From: Octopus vulgaris
Lineage: Eukaryota
Length of the DNA: 64,000 nucleotides
Assembly (NCBI GenBank): GCA_951406725.2
Contig: OX597814.1
Coordinates: 116,250,001 to 116,314,000 of the forward strand
Reading direction: 5' to 3'
Shown: one piece after another, positions 1-13,827 of the stretch
How positions within the stretch are numbered: the stretch's first letter is position 1
Layout: each line of letters starts with the position of its first letter
Position numbers and translations under genes: made by a program
The notes under the pieces: generated by a model
Told to the model about the DNA's origin: nothing
The model's input: only the letters and a program-made list of their open reading frames with translations
Database searches by the model: none

Positions 1-150
1 CCCAGTGCATAACTGGTACTTAACTTATCGACCTCGAAAGGATGAAAGGCAAAGTCGACCTCGGCGGAATTTGAACGCAGAACATAACGGCAGACGAAAT
101 ACGGCTACGCATTTCGCCCGGCGTGCTAACATTTCTGCCAGCTCGCCGCC
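1..150 (-). mobile_element. SINE family A (Deu/Nin-like central domain), partial
   Basis: Reverse complement of ggcggcgagctggcagaa...gaggtcgactttgcctttcatcctttcg..gtcgataa..taagtaccag, a motif repeated more than 10 times in the window. Confidence 0.8.
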
Positions 151-534
151 TATTTTCACCAGGACATATAGCGTATGAAGTCATACCAAAATGTGTGTAT
201 ATTTTTTACAGCTGGGTAGATTTAACCAGCGAAAGGTAAGAGTGTATTCGCCATGATAACGGTAACGAGAGAAATATACACAACACGATTAATTTTGCTT
301 AGCATTTCGACTTGTCACCCCGATGGAATATAAAATATTGTCAGTTTGATTAATGGCATTCTCTTCTATTCTCATTTAGGTAATTGATTTCTCCGTCCAC
401 AGGGTTCAAATCCACACCAAGTACGGGATGCAATAGAAAGATCTCTGATATTTTACACTGCTGTTGCTGCGGCACAGATCTTAATAGAGATCTTAATAAG
501 CGTTTTTATGCCACCAATATAGCTGTCAGAAAGT

Positions 535-1420
535 CAGTGAGCTGGCAGAAACGTTAACACGCCGGGCGAAATGCTTAGTATTTCGTCTGTCTTTACATTC
601 TGAGTTCAATTACCACAGAGGTCGAATTTGGCTTTCACCCTTTCGGGGTCGATATATTTAGTACCAGTTGTGTACAGGGGTCGATAAAATCGACTGGCTC
701 ACATCCCCAAAACTTTCGGGCCTTGTGCCTAGAGTAGAAAACAATATAGATGGCAGAAACGTTAGCACGTCGGGCTAAATGCTTAGCTGTATTTCGTCTG
801 CCGCTACGTTCTGAGTTCAAATTCCACCGAGGTCAACTTTGCCTTTCATCCTTTCGGGGTCGATTAAATAAGTACCAGTCACGCACTGGGGTCGATCTAA
901 TCGACTTAATCCCTTTGTCTGTCCTTGTTTGTCCTCTCTGTGCTTAGCCCCTTGCAGGTAGTAAAGAAATAGGTATTTCGTCTGCCGTTACGTTGTGAGT
1001 TCAAATTCCGCCGAGGGACTTTATCCGTTTGTCTGTCCTTGTCTGTCCTCTCTGTGTTTAGCCCTTTGTGGGTAGTAAAGGAATATGTATTTCGTCTGCC
1101 GCTAAGTTCTGATTTCAAACTCCGCCGAGGTCGACTTTGCCTTTCATCCTTTCGGGGTCGATATAATCGACTTAATCCGTTTGTCTGTCCTTGTTTGTCC
1201 TCTCTGTGTTTAGCCCCCTGTGGGTAGTAAAGAAATAGGTATTTCATCTGTCTACGTTCTAAGACCAAATTCCGCCGAGGTCAACTTTGTTTTTTATCCT
1301 TTAAGAGTCGATTAAATAAGTACCAGTTATGCTCTGGTGTCGATATAATCGACTTAATCCATCTGTCTGTTCTTGTTTGTCCCCTGTATGTTTAGCCCCT
1401 TGTGGGCAATAAAGAAATAA
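535..1420 (+). mobile_element. Cluster of SINE family A copies with internally reiterated 3' modules (also 6938-7823)
   Basis: Repeated tatttcgtctgccg..gttcaaattccgccgaggtc..ctttgcctttcatcctttcggggtcga..tttgtctgtccttg..agcccc..gtgggtagtaaagaaatagg units. Confidence 0.85.
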
Positions 1421-1538
1421 ATGTTTTATGCATCTTTTTGTATATTTTGTACTTTGACAGTTATAATCATAGTTTGGATCGGAGGGGATGCAAAGGGGGG
1501 ATATGCTGTTTCGGGATGGAGCGAGTTTGTGTGTGTAA

Positions 1539-1574
<36 letters not shown>

Positions 1575-2434
1575 AGAGAGAGAAGGAGTGAGAGAGAGTG
1601 AGAGAGAGAAGGAGTGAGAGAGAGTGAGAGAGAGTGAATGAGTGAGAGAGAGTGAGAGAGAGAGTGAGTGAGTGACAGAGAGTGAGAGAGAGAGTGAGTG
1701 AGTGAGTGAGTGAGAGAGAGAGATAGAGTGAGAGAGAGAGAGAGAATTATTTTCAACTTTACAAAAATTGTTTTCTTTTCCCCCTCGACCATAGCGTTTG
1801 TTTGCTGTTGAAACGTTAATCAACTTGTAAAGTACGGGAGTATTTTCTTTGCATCCTATATATTTGGGTTTTAGGCTGCTGTCCGAACACATCAGAATTT
1901 AATTGTCAAATAACTTAGGCAGAAGTGAAATGTTAGCACCCATGACCTTTTCAATACCTCCTAGATCAGTGGGCAGAAGCTGCCAGGGACTTAACCCTAA
2001 AATTTACAATAGCTTACTCCGCCAAAGATGTCGTGACGTTAAAATGGATCTGGTCACCTTTCGAAATTGATTCTGAAAGAAAGAATGGTCAGACTTAAAT
2101 CATATAATAGATCGGTTGTCTGATATAGAGTTCGGCAGTTCATCCTATCCGGTGGAACCCTCCTCTGAACATTTGATAAACTAGAGTTTATTCAAGTAAT
2201 AGACGCTTCTTAATACAATTTACTTCAAGGGAAACTAATTTGCATGTTTCCAGAAATAGGATTTCGCTTTAAGATCGAAACTTTGCTGAAATAGCAAGTT
2301 TTGCTTTTATTTCCCGAGTCTACCTGTTACGAAGTTTCTATGAGATCAGTCTTCGTGTATTGTATATGATATATGTATGTATATATATATATATGTATAT
2401 ATAAATATATAAATGTATATATATATATATATAC

Positions 2435-2483
<49 letters not shown>

Positions 2484-2721
2484 TATATATATAATATAAA
2501 AAATATATAAATATATGCATATATACATATATATATGCATATATTTATATATTATTTATATTATTATATGATCGAACGCCACGCATCCTTTTCCAAGTAA
2601 GTTTTATCGCTCTCTATATACATGTATGCATATATACACATATGTATATATGTATATATACATATACATACATACATACGTATATATATGCAACAGACAT
2701 ATACACACACATATACATATA

Positions 2722-2789
<68 letters not shown>

Positions 2790-3259
2790 CCCACACACAC
2801 ATACATACACATATTGCAAACACATATCAATATGAACGTAACCGCGTATGAATCATCAATATTATAACCGTATGTCATACGTTTGTTTAAGTAATATTTT
2901 CTTTTCTTTGTTGTTATTATCGCTGCTGTGTTGTTGTTGTTGTTGTTGTTGTTAATGTTTCTGGAATCCTCATGCTTTTACATTACATAATATAAATGGA
3001 ATAAAAACTTTTCGGAAAGAAAAATCTCCTGTTTTCTCCGCTTTTAATCAGAAACCTCAGGACATACGAAATTAAATCAAATATTCCTGTCACTTCTAGT
3101 CAATTGCAGAAGATTTTCGCTCCGAGTTTAAGGTGTAGATTTAGAACAGTTCATATATATAGTATAGTGGGAAGTGAAACATTCTCGGCTTCTCTTCTAG
3201 AATCTTACACTAATAATATTTTACACTACATACTCTAAATAACAGAAGTGTATTATGTC

Positions 3260-3689
3260 TCTCTCTCTTTTACTCTTCTAGTTGTTTCAGTTATTTGAAT
3301 GCGGCCATGCTGGAGCACAGCCTTTAGTCGAGCAAATCAATCCCATGACTTATTCTTTGTAAGCCTAGTACGTATTCTATCGGTTCTTCTGCCGAACCGC
3401 TACGTTACGGAGGCATAAAACGGACACACAAACACACAAACATGCATATATGTGACAAACACGGACACACAAACATGCATATATGTGACCGCGTGTGAAT
3501 CGTTGGCGATTTTTTTCCTCCGTCTTTCATTCCTGAGATCTCTCCTTTTTCTATGTTTCTGACGAAGAGCTCCGCTCGAAACGTTAAATTCTCCTTCTTT
3601 CTTTCCTTTCCTGAGCGTCCAATAACACTGTACTTGTTCCACGTCTTCGAGCTGTTGTGTTTTGTCGTTGTGTTTTCTTGTTTGGATTA

Positions 3690-3750
<61 letters not shown>

Positions 3751-3916
3751 TTATACAATGGGCTTCTTTCAGTTTCCGTTTACCAAATCCATTCACAAGG
3801 CTTTGGTCGGTCCGAGGTTATAGCAGAAGACACTTGCCCAAGGTGTCACGCAGTGGGACTGAACCCAGAACCATGTGGTTGGCAAGCAAGCTACTCACCA
3901 TACGCAGCCACTCCTG
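3260..3916 (-). mobile_element. SINE family C (tRNA-like head, CORE-like ccttgggcaagt, internal microsatellite) with a nested insertion; duplicate at ~9700-10441
   Basis: Minus-strand head aggagtggctgcgtatggtgag..ggttcagtcccactgcgtgacaccttgggcaagtg; homologous to 56090-56545. Confidence 0.8.
3556..3588 (+). ncRNA. Minimal type-I hammerhead ribozyme motif (duplicate at 10000-10032)
   Basis: ttt-CTGACGA-a-GAGC tcc GCTC-GAA-ACGT(palindrome)-T-aaa. Confidence 0.65.
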
Positions 3917-4635
3917 CACCTGTTTGTAATATTAATACTTAACATTAAAGGAATCAAAAGTGTTGATTATTACGAAAATGGTGACGTCAATTAGGATTTA
4001 TTTTCTTAATGGCCACGTCTCGAACGATAATAATCTTAATGATATTAATAATGATGATTATGATAATGATGAATCTAATAATTCTAATTATGTGAATGAT
4101 GGCGCTAATAATCACATTTATGTTAACAGTGATGTTAATAATGATGATTATCATAACGGCGGTCTTTGTTATGATGATTATTATAATAATGTTAATAATA
4201 TTATGCTTGATAATAATATAATATTCATGACGATTAGGACATCGGCAACTATTAGAACAGCGAAAACAACGATTAATACCAGGAGGGCGATTAAAACAGT
4301 GATTAAGATAGCAATTATGATGACAACGACCACTATGAACACGATTTTGATGATGATATCTATGGTTAGGAAGACGAACTCAATAACGAAGTTAACGCAG
4401 TGATGATGGTGAATTTAGAAATGGCAGATTGCCAGGGTAAGTTAAAAATCTTCGTTGTAAATAACGATTTAGTAATTGAAGCACAAATAACATCTAAGCA
4501 CCAACATTATTTCATAATAATTCTTGAAAATGGTTGTAATATTTATTCATCGCACTCTGTAAATAATATATATATATATGCATACGAGAAGTAATAAAAT
4601 TATATAATGATATAATGTATAATAATATGATATAA

Positions 4636-4778
4636 GTGGAAGCGCGTGGTTTAGTGGTTAGGGTGTCAGCATCATGATCGTAAGATTGTGGTTTCGATTC
4701 CTGGACCAGGCTACGCTTTCTGATCTTGAGCAAAACACTTCATTTCACGTTGCTCCAGTCCACTTAGCTGGCAAAAAT
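4636..4778 (+). mobile_element. tRNA-derived SINE family B, cut by the gap (complete copy 11162-11410)
   Basis: A-box-like tggtttagtgg and B-box-like ggtttcgattcc. Confidence 0.8.
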
Positions 4779-4878
4779 NNNNNNNNNNNNNNNNNNNNNN
4801 NNNNNNNNNNNNNNNNNNNNNNNNNNNNNNNNNNNNNNNNNNNNNNNNNNNNNNNNNNNNNNNNNNNNNNNNNNNNNN
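4779..4878. other. Assembly gap (100 N)
   Basis: Run of N. Confidence 1.
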
Positions 4879-5789
4879 CAAATTTCAAGGTTAATAAATG
4901 CTGTGTGAACATGCTCCAACAGTGGTGATTTATTATTGTTGATATTCTTGCTGTTGTTGGTTGTACACGCCCACATTCTACTGTTAAGAAGATATATTCT
5001 AACCAGATTACTTTATCGAAAAAGAAGAGAGAAATGTTTTCTTTCTCTTTAGATTTTTTCGCCAACTAAGAGGTTCGAAACACTAGAATTGCTAACCCAT
5101 TACACTAAGGCGCTTTATGAGACATGTGGTTGTGTATTGTTTCCAAATATTTATTTTAAAAACATCTGGTTGTTCTGTGTGGCACCTGTGAGATGGCGCA
5201 AAGAGGTGTTCACCACAAAGTGGTTGCAGTGAATGAAAATAAAAAATTGAAGAATAAATAGTAAAAGATTATACACATATACACACACACACATAGAGAC
5301 ATGTATACGAACAATAACAGTTTGCTGAGAGAAAGCACAAACTTGAATAACCGTAGCAAAATCAACACCACCAGCAGCACCTAAATATACTTTGCTCGCC
5401 TCCTACGCCTAAAGAACTTACGAGACATCGATTAGTTGATGACAAAGATAGTATCATGAAAGTGTTATGTCATAAAATAGAGTACCTCTTTCACAGAAAA
5501 ATTTAGCCAGGAAAAGGCGAGAAAATGGGGTCAAATATTTTATTCACCAAAACATCTGTGAGGGTTTCAAATGAGCCTCAGAATAGTAACTGTAAAACAA
5601 CTCTGGCTGATGGGTATTGTCTCTCATTAACTTGAAAACACAGTGAAACAGACTCCTAAGAAATTAGTGATTATCTACGAAGGCCAGATTTCGTTATTGT
5701 AGGTCATGAGTTTGGATTAGTTCATAGGATTAAGGTGGGAGGGAAGAATATTGACATCTCGATCCTAAACCTTTGGATGAGGTAGTCAT

Positions 5790-6030
5790 CTCGGACGTTA
5801 TTGACTCGAGATCTTGAACTCATAGGGTTTTAATGACGTATAAGTGACTGAGATGACATTATTCCCCCAACTCTCTAGGGGACGCCAGACCGACGTAGGT
5901 TTACTCACTTTCAACTGGTTGGAATAAAGTAAGGTGAAATGAAGTGTTTTGTCCATTAAAACTATGCACTTCACAGAGCAGGAATCGAAACCATAATCTT
6001 GCCATCGCGAGTGCAACGCCTTAACCCTTA
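5790..6030 (-). mobile_element. Degraded tRNA-derived SINE family B
   Basis: ggaatcgaaacc (reverse B box) and aggtgaaatgaagtgtttt match the family body. Confidence 0.55.
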
Positions 6031-6177
6031 GACGATACTACACTTTTTGTTGAGGGGCAGAAAACAATTGTTGAAAAGTTTAGAACAGTTCTCGCGCTCT
6101 CTCTTACACATACACACAGACACACACACACACGCTCGGCCCCGAAACAATATATCCCTTTTTCACCAGGACATATA

Positions 6178-6552
6178 TATTTCTTTACTACCAACATGGG
6201 GCTAAACACAGATGGGATTAAGTCGATTACATAAACCCCAGTGCGTAACTGGTACTTAATTTATCGACCCCGAAAAGATGCAAAGTTGACCTCGGCGGAA
6301 TTTGAACCCAGAACGTAACGGCAGACGAAATACCTATTTCTTTACTGCCCACAACGGGCTAAACGCAGAGGAGACAAACAAGGACAGACAAACGGATTAA
6401 GTCGATTACATGGACCCCAGTGCATAACTGGTACTTAACTTATCGACCTCGAAAGGATGAAAGGCAAAGTCGACCTCGGCGGAATTTGAACCCAGACGAA
6501 ATACGGCTACGCATTTCGCCCGGCGTGCTAACATTTCTGCCAGCTCGCTGCC
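6178..6552 (-). mobile_element. SINE family A with an 18-bp target-site duplication
   Basis: ttttcaccaggacatata at 6160-6177 and 6555-6572 flanks the element. Confidence 0.85.
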
Positions 6553-7942
6553 TATTTTCACCAGGACATATAGCGTATGAAGTCATACCAAAATGTGTGT
6601 ATATTTTTTTACAGCTGGGTAGATTTAACCAGCGAAAGGTAAGAGTGTATTCGCCATGATAACGGTAACGAGAGAAATATACACAACACGATTAATTTTG
6701 CTTAGCATTTCGACTTGTCACCCCGATGGAATATAAAATATTGTCAGTTTGATTAATGGCATTCTTTTCTATTCTCATTTAGGTAATTGATTTCTCCGTC
6801 CACAGGGTTCAAATCCACACCAAGTACGGGATGCAATAGAAAGCTCTCTGATATTTTACACTGCTGTTGCTGCGGCACAGATCTTAATAGAGATCTTAAT
6901 AAGCGTTTTTATGCCACCAATATAGCTGTCAGAAAGTCAGTGAGCTGGCAGAAACGTTAACACGCCGGGCGAAATGCTTAGTATTTCGTCTGTCTTTACA
7001 TTCTGAGTTCAATTACCACAGAGGTCGAATTTGGCTTTCACCCTTTCGGGGTCGATAAATTTAGTACCAGTTGTGTACAGGGGTCGATAAAATCGACTGG
7101 CTCACATCCCCAAAACTTTCGGGCCTTGTGCCTAGAGTAGAAAACAATATAGATGGCAGAAACGTTAGCACGCCGGGCTAAATGCTTAGCTGTATTTCGT
7201 CTGCCGCTACGTTCTGAGTTCAAATTCCACCGAGGTCAACTTTGCCTTTCATCCTTTCGGGGTCGATTAAATAAGTACCAGTCACGCACTGGGGTCGATC
7301 TAATCGACTTAATCCCTTTGTCTGTCCTTGTTTGTCCTCTCTGTGCTTAGCCCCTTGCAGGTAGTAAAGAAATAGGTATTTCGTCTGCCGTTACGTTGTG
7401 AGTTCAAATTCCGCCGAGGGACTTTATCCGTTTGTCTGTCCTTGTCTGTCCTCTCTGTGTTTAGCCCTTTGTGGGTAGTAAAGGAATAGGTATTTCGTCT
7501 GCCGCTAAGTTCTGATTTCAAACTCCGCCGAGGTCGACTTTGCCTTTCATCCTTCTCGGGGTCGATATAATCGACTTAATCCGTTTGTCTGTCCTTGTTT
7601 GTCCTCTCTGTGTTTAGCCCCCTGTGGGTAGTAAAGAAATAGGTATTTCATCTGTCTACGTTCTAAGACCAAATTCCGCCGAGGTCAACTTTGTTTTTTA
7701 TCCTTTAAGAGTCGATTAAATAAGTACCAGTTATGCTCTGGTGTCGATATAATCGACTTAATCCATCTGTCTGTTCTTGTTTGTCCCCTGTATGTTTAGC
7801 CCCTTGTGGGCAATAAAGAAATAAATGTTTTATGCATCTTTTTGTATATTTTGTACTTTGACAGTTATAATCATAGTTTGGATCGGAGGGGATGCAAAGG
7901 GGGGATATGCTGTTTCGGGATGGAGCGAGTTTGTGTGTGTAA

Positions 7943-7993
<51 letters not shown>

Positions 7994-8108
7994 TGAGAGA
8001 GAGTGAGAGAGAGAAGGAGTGAGAGAGAGTGAGAGAGAGTGAGTGAGTGAGAGAGAGTGAGAGAGAGAGTGAGTGAGTGACAGAGAGTGAGAGAGAGAGT
8101 GAGTGAGT

Positions 8109-8171
<63 letters not shown>

Positions 8172-8857
8172 ATTTTCAACTTTACAAAAATTGTTTTCTT
8201 TTCCCCCTCGACCATAGCGTTTGTTTGCTGTTGAAACGTTAATCAACTTGTAAAGTACGGGAGTATTTTCTTTGCATCCTATATATTTGGGTTTTAGGCT
8301 GCTGTCCGAACACATCAGAATTTAATTGTCAAATAACTTAGGCAGAAGTGAAATGTTAGCACCCATGACCTTTTCAATACCTCCTAGATCAGTGGGCAGA
8401 AGCTGCCAGGGACTTAACCCTAACATTTACAATAGCTTACTCCGCCAAAGATGTCGTGACGTTAAAATGGATCTGGTCACCTTTCGAAATTGATTCTGAA
8501 AGAAAGAATGGTCAGACTTAAATCATATAATAGATCGGTTGTCTGATATAGAGTTCGGCAGTTCATCCTATCCGGTGGAACCCTCCTCTGAACATTTGAT
8601 AAACTAGAGTTTATTCAAGTAATAGACGCTTCTTAATACAATTTACTTCAAGGGAAACTAATTTGCATGTTTCCAGAAATAGGATTTCGCTTTAAGATCG
8701 AAACTTTGCTGAAATAGCAAGTTTTGCTTTTATTTCCCGAGTCTACCTGTTACGAAGTTTCTATGAGATCAGTCTTCGTGTATTGTATATGATATATGTA
8801 TGTATATATATATATATGTATATATAAATATATAAATGTATATATATATATATATAC

Positions 8858-8906
<49 letters not shown>

Positions 8907-9106
8907 TATATATATAATATAAAAAATATATAAATATATGCATATATACATACATATATATATGCATATATTTATATATTATTTATATTATTATATGATC
9001 GAACGCCACGCATCCTTTTCCAAGTAAGTTTTATCGCTCTCTATATACATGTATGCATATATACACATATGTATATATGTATATATACATATACATACAT
9101 ACATAC

Positions 9107-9143
<37 letters not shown>

Positions 9144-9168
9144 ACAGACATATACACACACATATACA

Positions 9169-9233
<65 letters not shown>

Positions 9234-11304
9234 CCCACACACACATACATACACATATTGCAAACACATATCAATATGAACGTAACCGCGTATGAATCAT
9301 CAATATTATAACCGTATGTCATACGTTTGTTTAAGTAATATTTTCTTTTCTTTGTTGTTATTATCGCTGCTGTTGTTGTTGTTGTTGTTGTTGTTAATGT
9401 TTCTGGAATCCTCATGCTTTTACATTACATAATATAAATGGAATAAAAACTTTTCGGAAAGAAAAATCTCCTGTTTTCTCCGCTTTTAATCAGAAACCTC
9501 AGGACATACGAAATTAAATCAAATATTCCTGTCACTTCTAGTCAATTGCAGAAGATTTTCGCTCCGAGTTTAAGGTGTAGATTTAGAACAGTTCACATAT
9601 ATAGTATAGTGGGAAGTGAAACATTCTCGGCTTCTCTTCTAGAATCTTACACTAATAATATTTTACACTACATACTCTAAATAACAGAAGTGTATTATGT
9701 CTCTCTCTCTCTTTTACTCTTCTAGTTGTTTCAGTTATTTGAATGCGGCCATGCTGGAGCACAGCCTTTAGTCGAGCAAATCAACCCCATGACTTATTCT
9801 TTGTAAGCCTAGTACGTATTCTATCGGTTCTTCTGCCGAACCGCTACGTTACGGAGGCATAAAACGGACACACAAACACACAAACATGCATATATGTGAC
9901 AAACACGGACACACAAACATGCATATATGTGACCGCGTGTGAATCGTTGGCGATTTTTTTCCTCCGTCTTTCATTCCTGAGATCTCTCCTTTTTCTATGT
10001 TTCTGACGAAGAGCTCCGCTCGAAACGTTAAATTCTCCTTCTTTCTTTCCTTTCCTGAGCGTCCAATAACACTGTACTTGTTCCACGTCTTCGAGCTGTT
10101 GTGTTTTGTCGTTGTGTTTTCTTGTTTGGATTAACTTTATATATATATATATAACGGGATAGCTATATATATATATATAAACAAAAGACGAAGGCAGGTG
10201 GAAAACAAACGAACAATTGTATTAGTATGGCGCTCAGGAAATATAAATAAAACAAGTCTTTAACGTTTCGAGCCTACGCTCTTCAACAGAAAGATACACA
10301 GAGAGAGAAAAACACAGAAAGAAGGAGAGAAAAAAAATGCGTGCAGTAGCTAACGACACTTGCCCAAGGTGTCACGCAGTGGGACTGAACCCAGAACCAT
10401 GTGGTTGGCAAGCAAGCTACTCACCATACGCAGCCACTCCTGCACCTGTTTGTAATATTAATACTTAACATTAAAGGAATCAAAAGTGTTGATTATTACG
10501 AAAATGGTGACGTCAATTAGGATTTATTTTCTTAATGGCCACGTCTCGAACGATAATAATCTTAATGATATTAATAATGATGATTATGATAATGATGAAT
10601 CTAATAATTCTAATTATGTGAATGATGGCGCTAATAATCACATTTATGTTAACAGTGATGTTAATAATGATGATTATCATAACGGCGGTCTTTGTTATGA
10701 TGATTATTATAATAATGTTAATAATATTATGCTTGATAATAATATAATATTCATGACGATTAGGACATCGGCAACTATTAGAACAGCGAAAACAACGATT
10801 AATACCAGGAGGGCGATTAAAACAGTGATTAAGATAGCAATTATGATGACAACGACCACTATGAACACGATTTTGATGATGATATCTATGGTTAGGAAGA
10901 CGAACTCAATAACGAAGTTAACGCAGTGATGATGGTGAATTTAGAAATGGCAGATTGCCAGGGTAAGTTAAAAATCTTCGTTGTAAATAACGATTTAGTA
11001 ATTGAAGCACAAATAACATCTAAGCACCAACATTATTTCATAATAATTCTTGAAAATGGTTGTAATAATTATTCATCGCACTCTGTAAATAATATATATA
11101 TATATGCATACGAGAAGTAATAAAATTATATAATGATATAATGTATAATAATATGATATAAGTGGAAGCGCGTGGTTTAGTGGTTAGGGTGTCAGCATCA
11201 TGATCGTAAGATTGTGGTTTCGATTCCTGGACCAGGCTACGCTTTCTGATCTTGAGCAAAACACTTCATTTCACGTTGCTCCAGTCCACTTAGCTGGCAA
11301 AAAT
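6416..11304. repeat. Copy 2 of the ~4.8 kb duplication
   Basis: Colinear with 1-4778. Confidence 0.95.
10180..10354 (-). mobile_element. Short HHR-motif element present only in duplication copy 2; homolog at 59701-59885
   Basis: Minus strand tcttt-CTGTTGA-a-GAGC gtag GCTC-GAAACGT-T-aaaga. Confidence 0.7.
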
Positions 11305-11499
11305 GAGTAACACTGCGATGGACTTGCGTCCCGTCCAGCTGGGGAACACATACCCCATTGAAACCGAGAAACCGGGCCCATGAGCCTGGCTAGGCTTTAA
11401 AAGGGCGCATGTATTTATTTTTTAATATAATATATATTACATAATATATATGTGTGCGTATGTATGTATATATGTATGTATGTATGTGTATGTCATTAT

Positions 11500-12445
11500 T
11501 CAGTTTTATTTCAACATGTCTTGCCAATGGAGAAGTTGATGGTTTCTAACCTAGGTCCGAGGTTCCTTCATTGCAATTTAAACAACACTAACAGGGTATT
11601 TTTGCATTTATGCATATATATATTCAATATTAGGAGTTAATGTACGTGTAGATTTGTATGTTTTATGCATGTATTCTCATGCAGAGTGTTACTTGCCTAG
11701 ACATGTTCATAAATACTTAAATGATAAACTTCTGGTAAGTTTTACAGATATTTACAGTTCCACTGGTGGCTTGGATCTGTAGTCTTCGAATCAGCTTTCT
11801 ACTTTCAGGTTTTGAGAAGCTCAATTTCTCAACATTGGTTCATAGGCAGCGTGTTACATATCCTAGTTCTCCAATAATTACATTTATAAGCCTGAACTTG
11901 TAATTTGGATAGAGTAACTGTAGAGTTCTCAATAGTTCAGCGCAGGTACTTTCTTGTTTACTGATTTCCCCAACTGTACATAGTTTCTCTTCGGGTTTTC
12001 ACATCAATGGCTCGGATCTCATTAAGCATCTAATCAAGCAACCCAAATGTTAGTATGAATACTGGCACTGAAAACACATTCTGGGCCACTGGTTTATTGA
12101 AAGCAGAGAATTCCGAGGTTCATATTTTCCTTATTTATCTGTAGTATTCTTTAGTGACTCGTGTCTTGTTACAGGTGCCATCGTAATATATGTTTTCATC
12201 CACAACAAGGTACCTATAACGTTCCTCGTCAGATATAGGGGAAACAGTTAAGTCATTGATAGAGATGTTATTAGTCTGTTTTACAGTTTTCCCTCTTTTC
12301 AAAACCATATAACATTTATCCTGACCAAACCCCAACCCTATATCCTTTGAGAATGTTGTAACCAGGTCATGCCTCTGTTTTATCTCTTGCATATTCATTG
12401 CATAGAGTTTCAAATCATCCACAAAGAGACAGTGCGTAATTTTGG
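11500..12445 (-). pseudogene. Decayed R4/Dong-like (restriction-like endonuclease) non-LTR retrotransposon: RT C-terminal part and endonuclease
   Basis: ITHCLFVDDLKLY...FSKDIGLGFGQDKC...YRYL in ORF 12135-12527, followed by ELLRTLQLLYPNYKF..VIIGELG; homologous to 57020-57340. Confidence 0.85.
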
Positions 12446-13361
12446 TATGTACGCATCTATCCACACACACGCACACACATATTATAATTACGTTGTAACT
12501 GGCACATTGTAGATTATTTAAAACCAAAGAAGGCTAACTTGGGAGAAAAGAATAATATCTATTTATTTCATGGCTGGGTATAAAACGTATACTTTGAATA
12601 TGATATATTATAGACTAGAATACTGTAGAGAGAGTCGGTGGCCAACTAAAAGTGTCCTCTGAAATATTAACCCAATTAACATTTCATGTAAGCTTCAAAC
12701 AAAGATAATAAAAAGAGATACAAAAGGAAAGCTATGAGGTAAGGGTGAGGATATATTCTAGTATTATTTCTACAAGTAATGACTAATATTAAGGATAATA
12801 ACTTATTAAGATGAAGAAAATGATCTGCAGATCCAGGCATATGAACTAGGACAATGATAATGTAGAGAAAATTTATTCGTAGTTACAAGTAATTTTAAAA
12901 ATATGACGTAATGTTTCGTAAACGAAGAGAAGCAAATATGTTAAGTGCCAAATATCAAAACTATTTGCAATTAAAATACATTATGAAAAGAATACGGAAA
13001 TAAAAATATTAAATGAATAATTTCAAATTGAAACGCTGAAGAAATACGGAAATCTTTTTTAGAAATCTTAATCAGATGAGCTGCAATTTACCAGAATATG
13101 TTTTAGAGTAGGTCTTGAAGATGAGTGGAAAAAGAAAATATGATTTCGCAAAAGAAAAAGAAATAGAAATGAAGGAGTGAGGCAGAAATTAATGAAGAAA
13201 GAAAACCAAAGAAGAATTCGCAGAGAAACCTGAAGGCACACTCATCGTGTAGCAGAATAATAATTTCTAGTTTATGGTTCTTTGTGTTTTGTTGTTGGTT
13301 TCGACTGAGGCAGTTTCCTCTCATTGTTAGCTTTATGTTGCATTTAGCTAAACACTATAAT

Positions 13362-13521
13362 CACCAGCACCATCACCACCAGCACCAGCACCAGCACCAG
13401 CACCATCACCAGCAGCAGCAGCAGCATCAGCAGCAGCACCACCACCACCACCATCGTCATTCTTCTTCTTCTTCTTCTTCTTCTTCTTCTTCTTCTTCTT
13501 CTTCTTCTTCTTCTTCTTCTT
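13362..13521. repeat. (CAC/CAG)n followed by (CTT)n microsatellites
   Basis: Visible in sequence. Confidence 0.95.
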
Positions 13522-13737
13522 CTTTCGTAACACAGTGTAAGTAAAAATGCACCGGAGTCTTTAGTCATCTGCCAAGTCACAACAAGGAACTCAGACAGAT
13601 AATACTTTCCTTAAGATGTGCGCTGTGCCCAATAGGGCTACTTTTTGCAAGACATCAATCTTGTATGAGATTTCCAGTTGCCTTTAAGAAATCTTGAAGT
13701 TTCAATGGGATTGAGCCTAACGCTCCGATCACCAACG

Positions 13738-13740
<3 letters not shown>
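13522..13740 (-). pseudogene. 3' end of an R4/Dong-like LINE lying between (TAA)n and (GAA)n
   Basis: Minus-strand translation PLVIGALGSIP...LQKVALLGTAHILRKVLSV*. Confidence 0.85.
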
Positions 13741-13802
<62 letters not shown>

Positions 13803-13827
13803 TTCCAGAAGGTTATATACTTTATCA

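Larger units (their letters stand above)
1..4778. repeat. Copy 1 of a ~4.8 kb near-identical direct duplication (copy 2 = 6416-11304)
   Basis: Position 1 aligns to 6416 and 4778 to 11304; differences are microsatellite lengths, a few SNPs, a 13-bp indel and one structural difference; copy 1 ends at the N gap. Confidence 0.95.

Noticed and set aside
750-1420. CRISPR-like or satellite array
   Set aside because: Reiterated SINE modules with no unique spacers; eukaryotic context
3960-4403. 147-aa Asn/Asp-rich ORF (duplicate at 10486-10929)
   Set aside because: Decayed AAT/GAT trinucleotide tract with no domain signal
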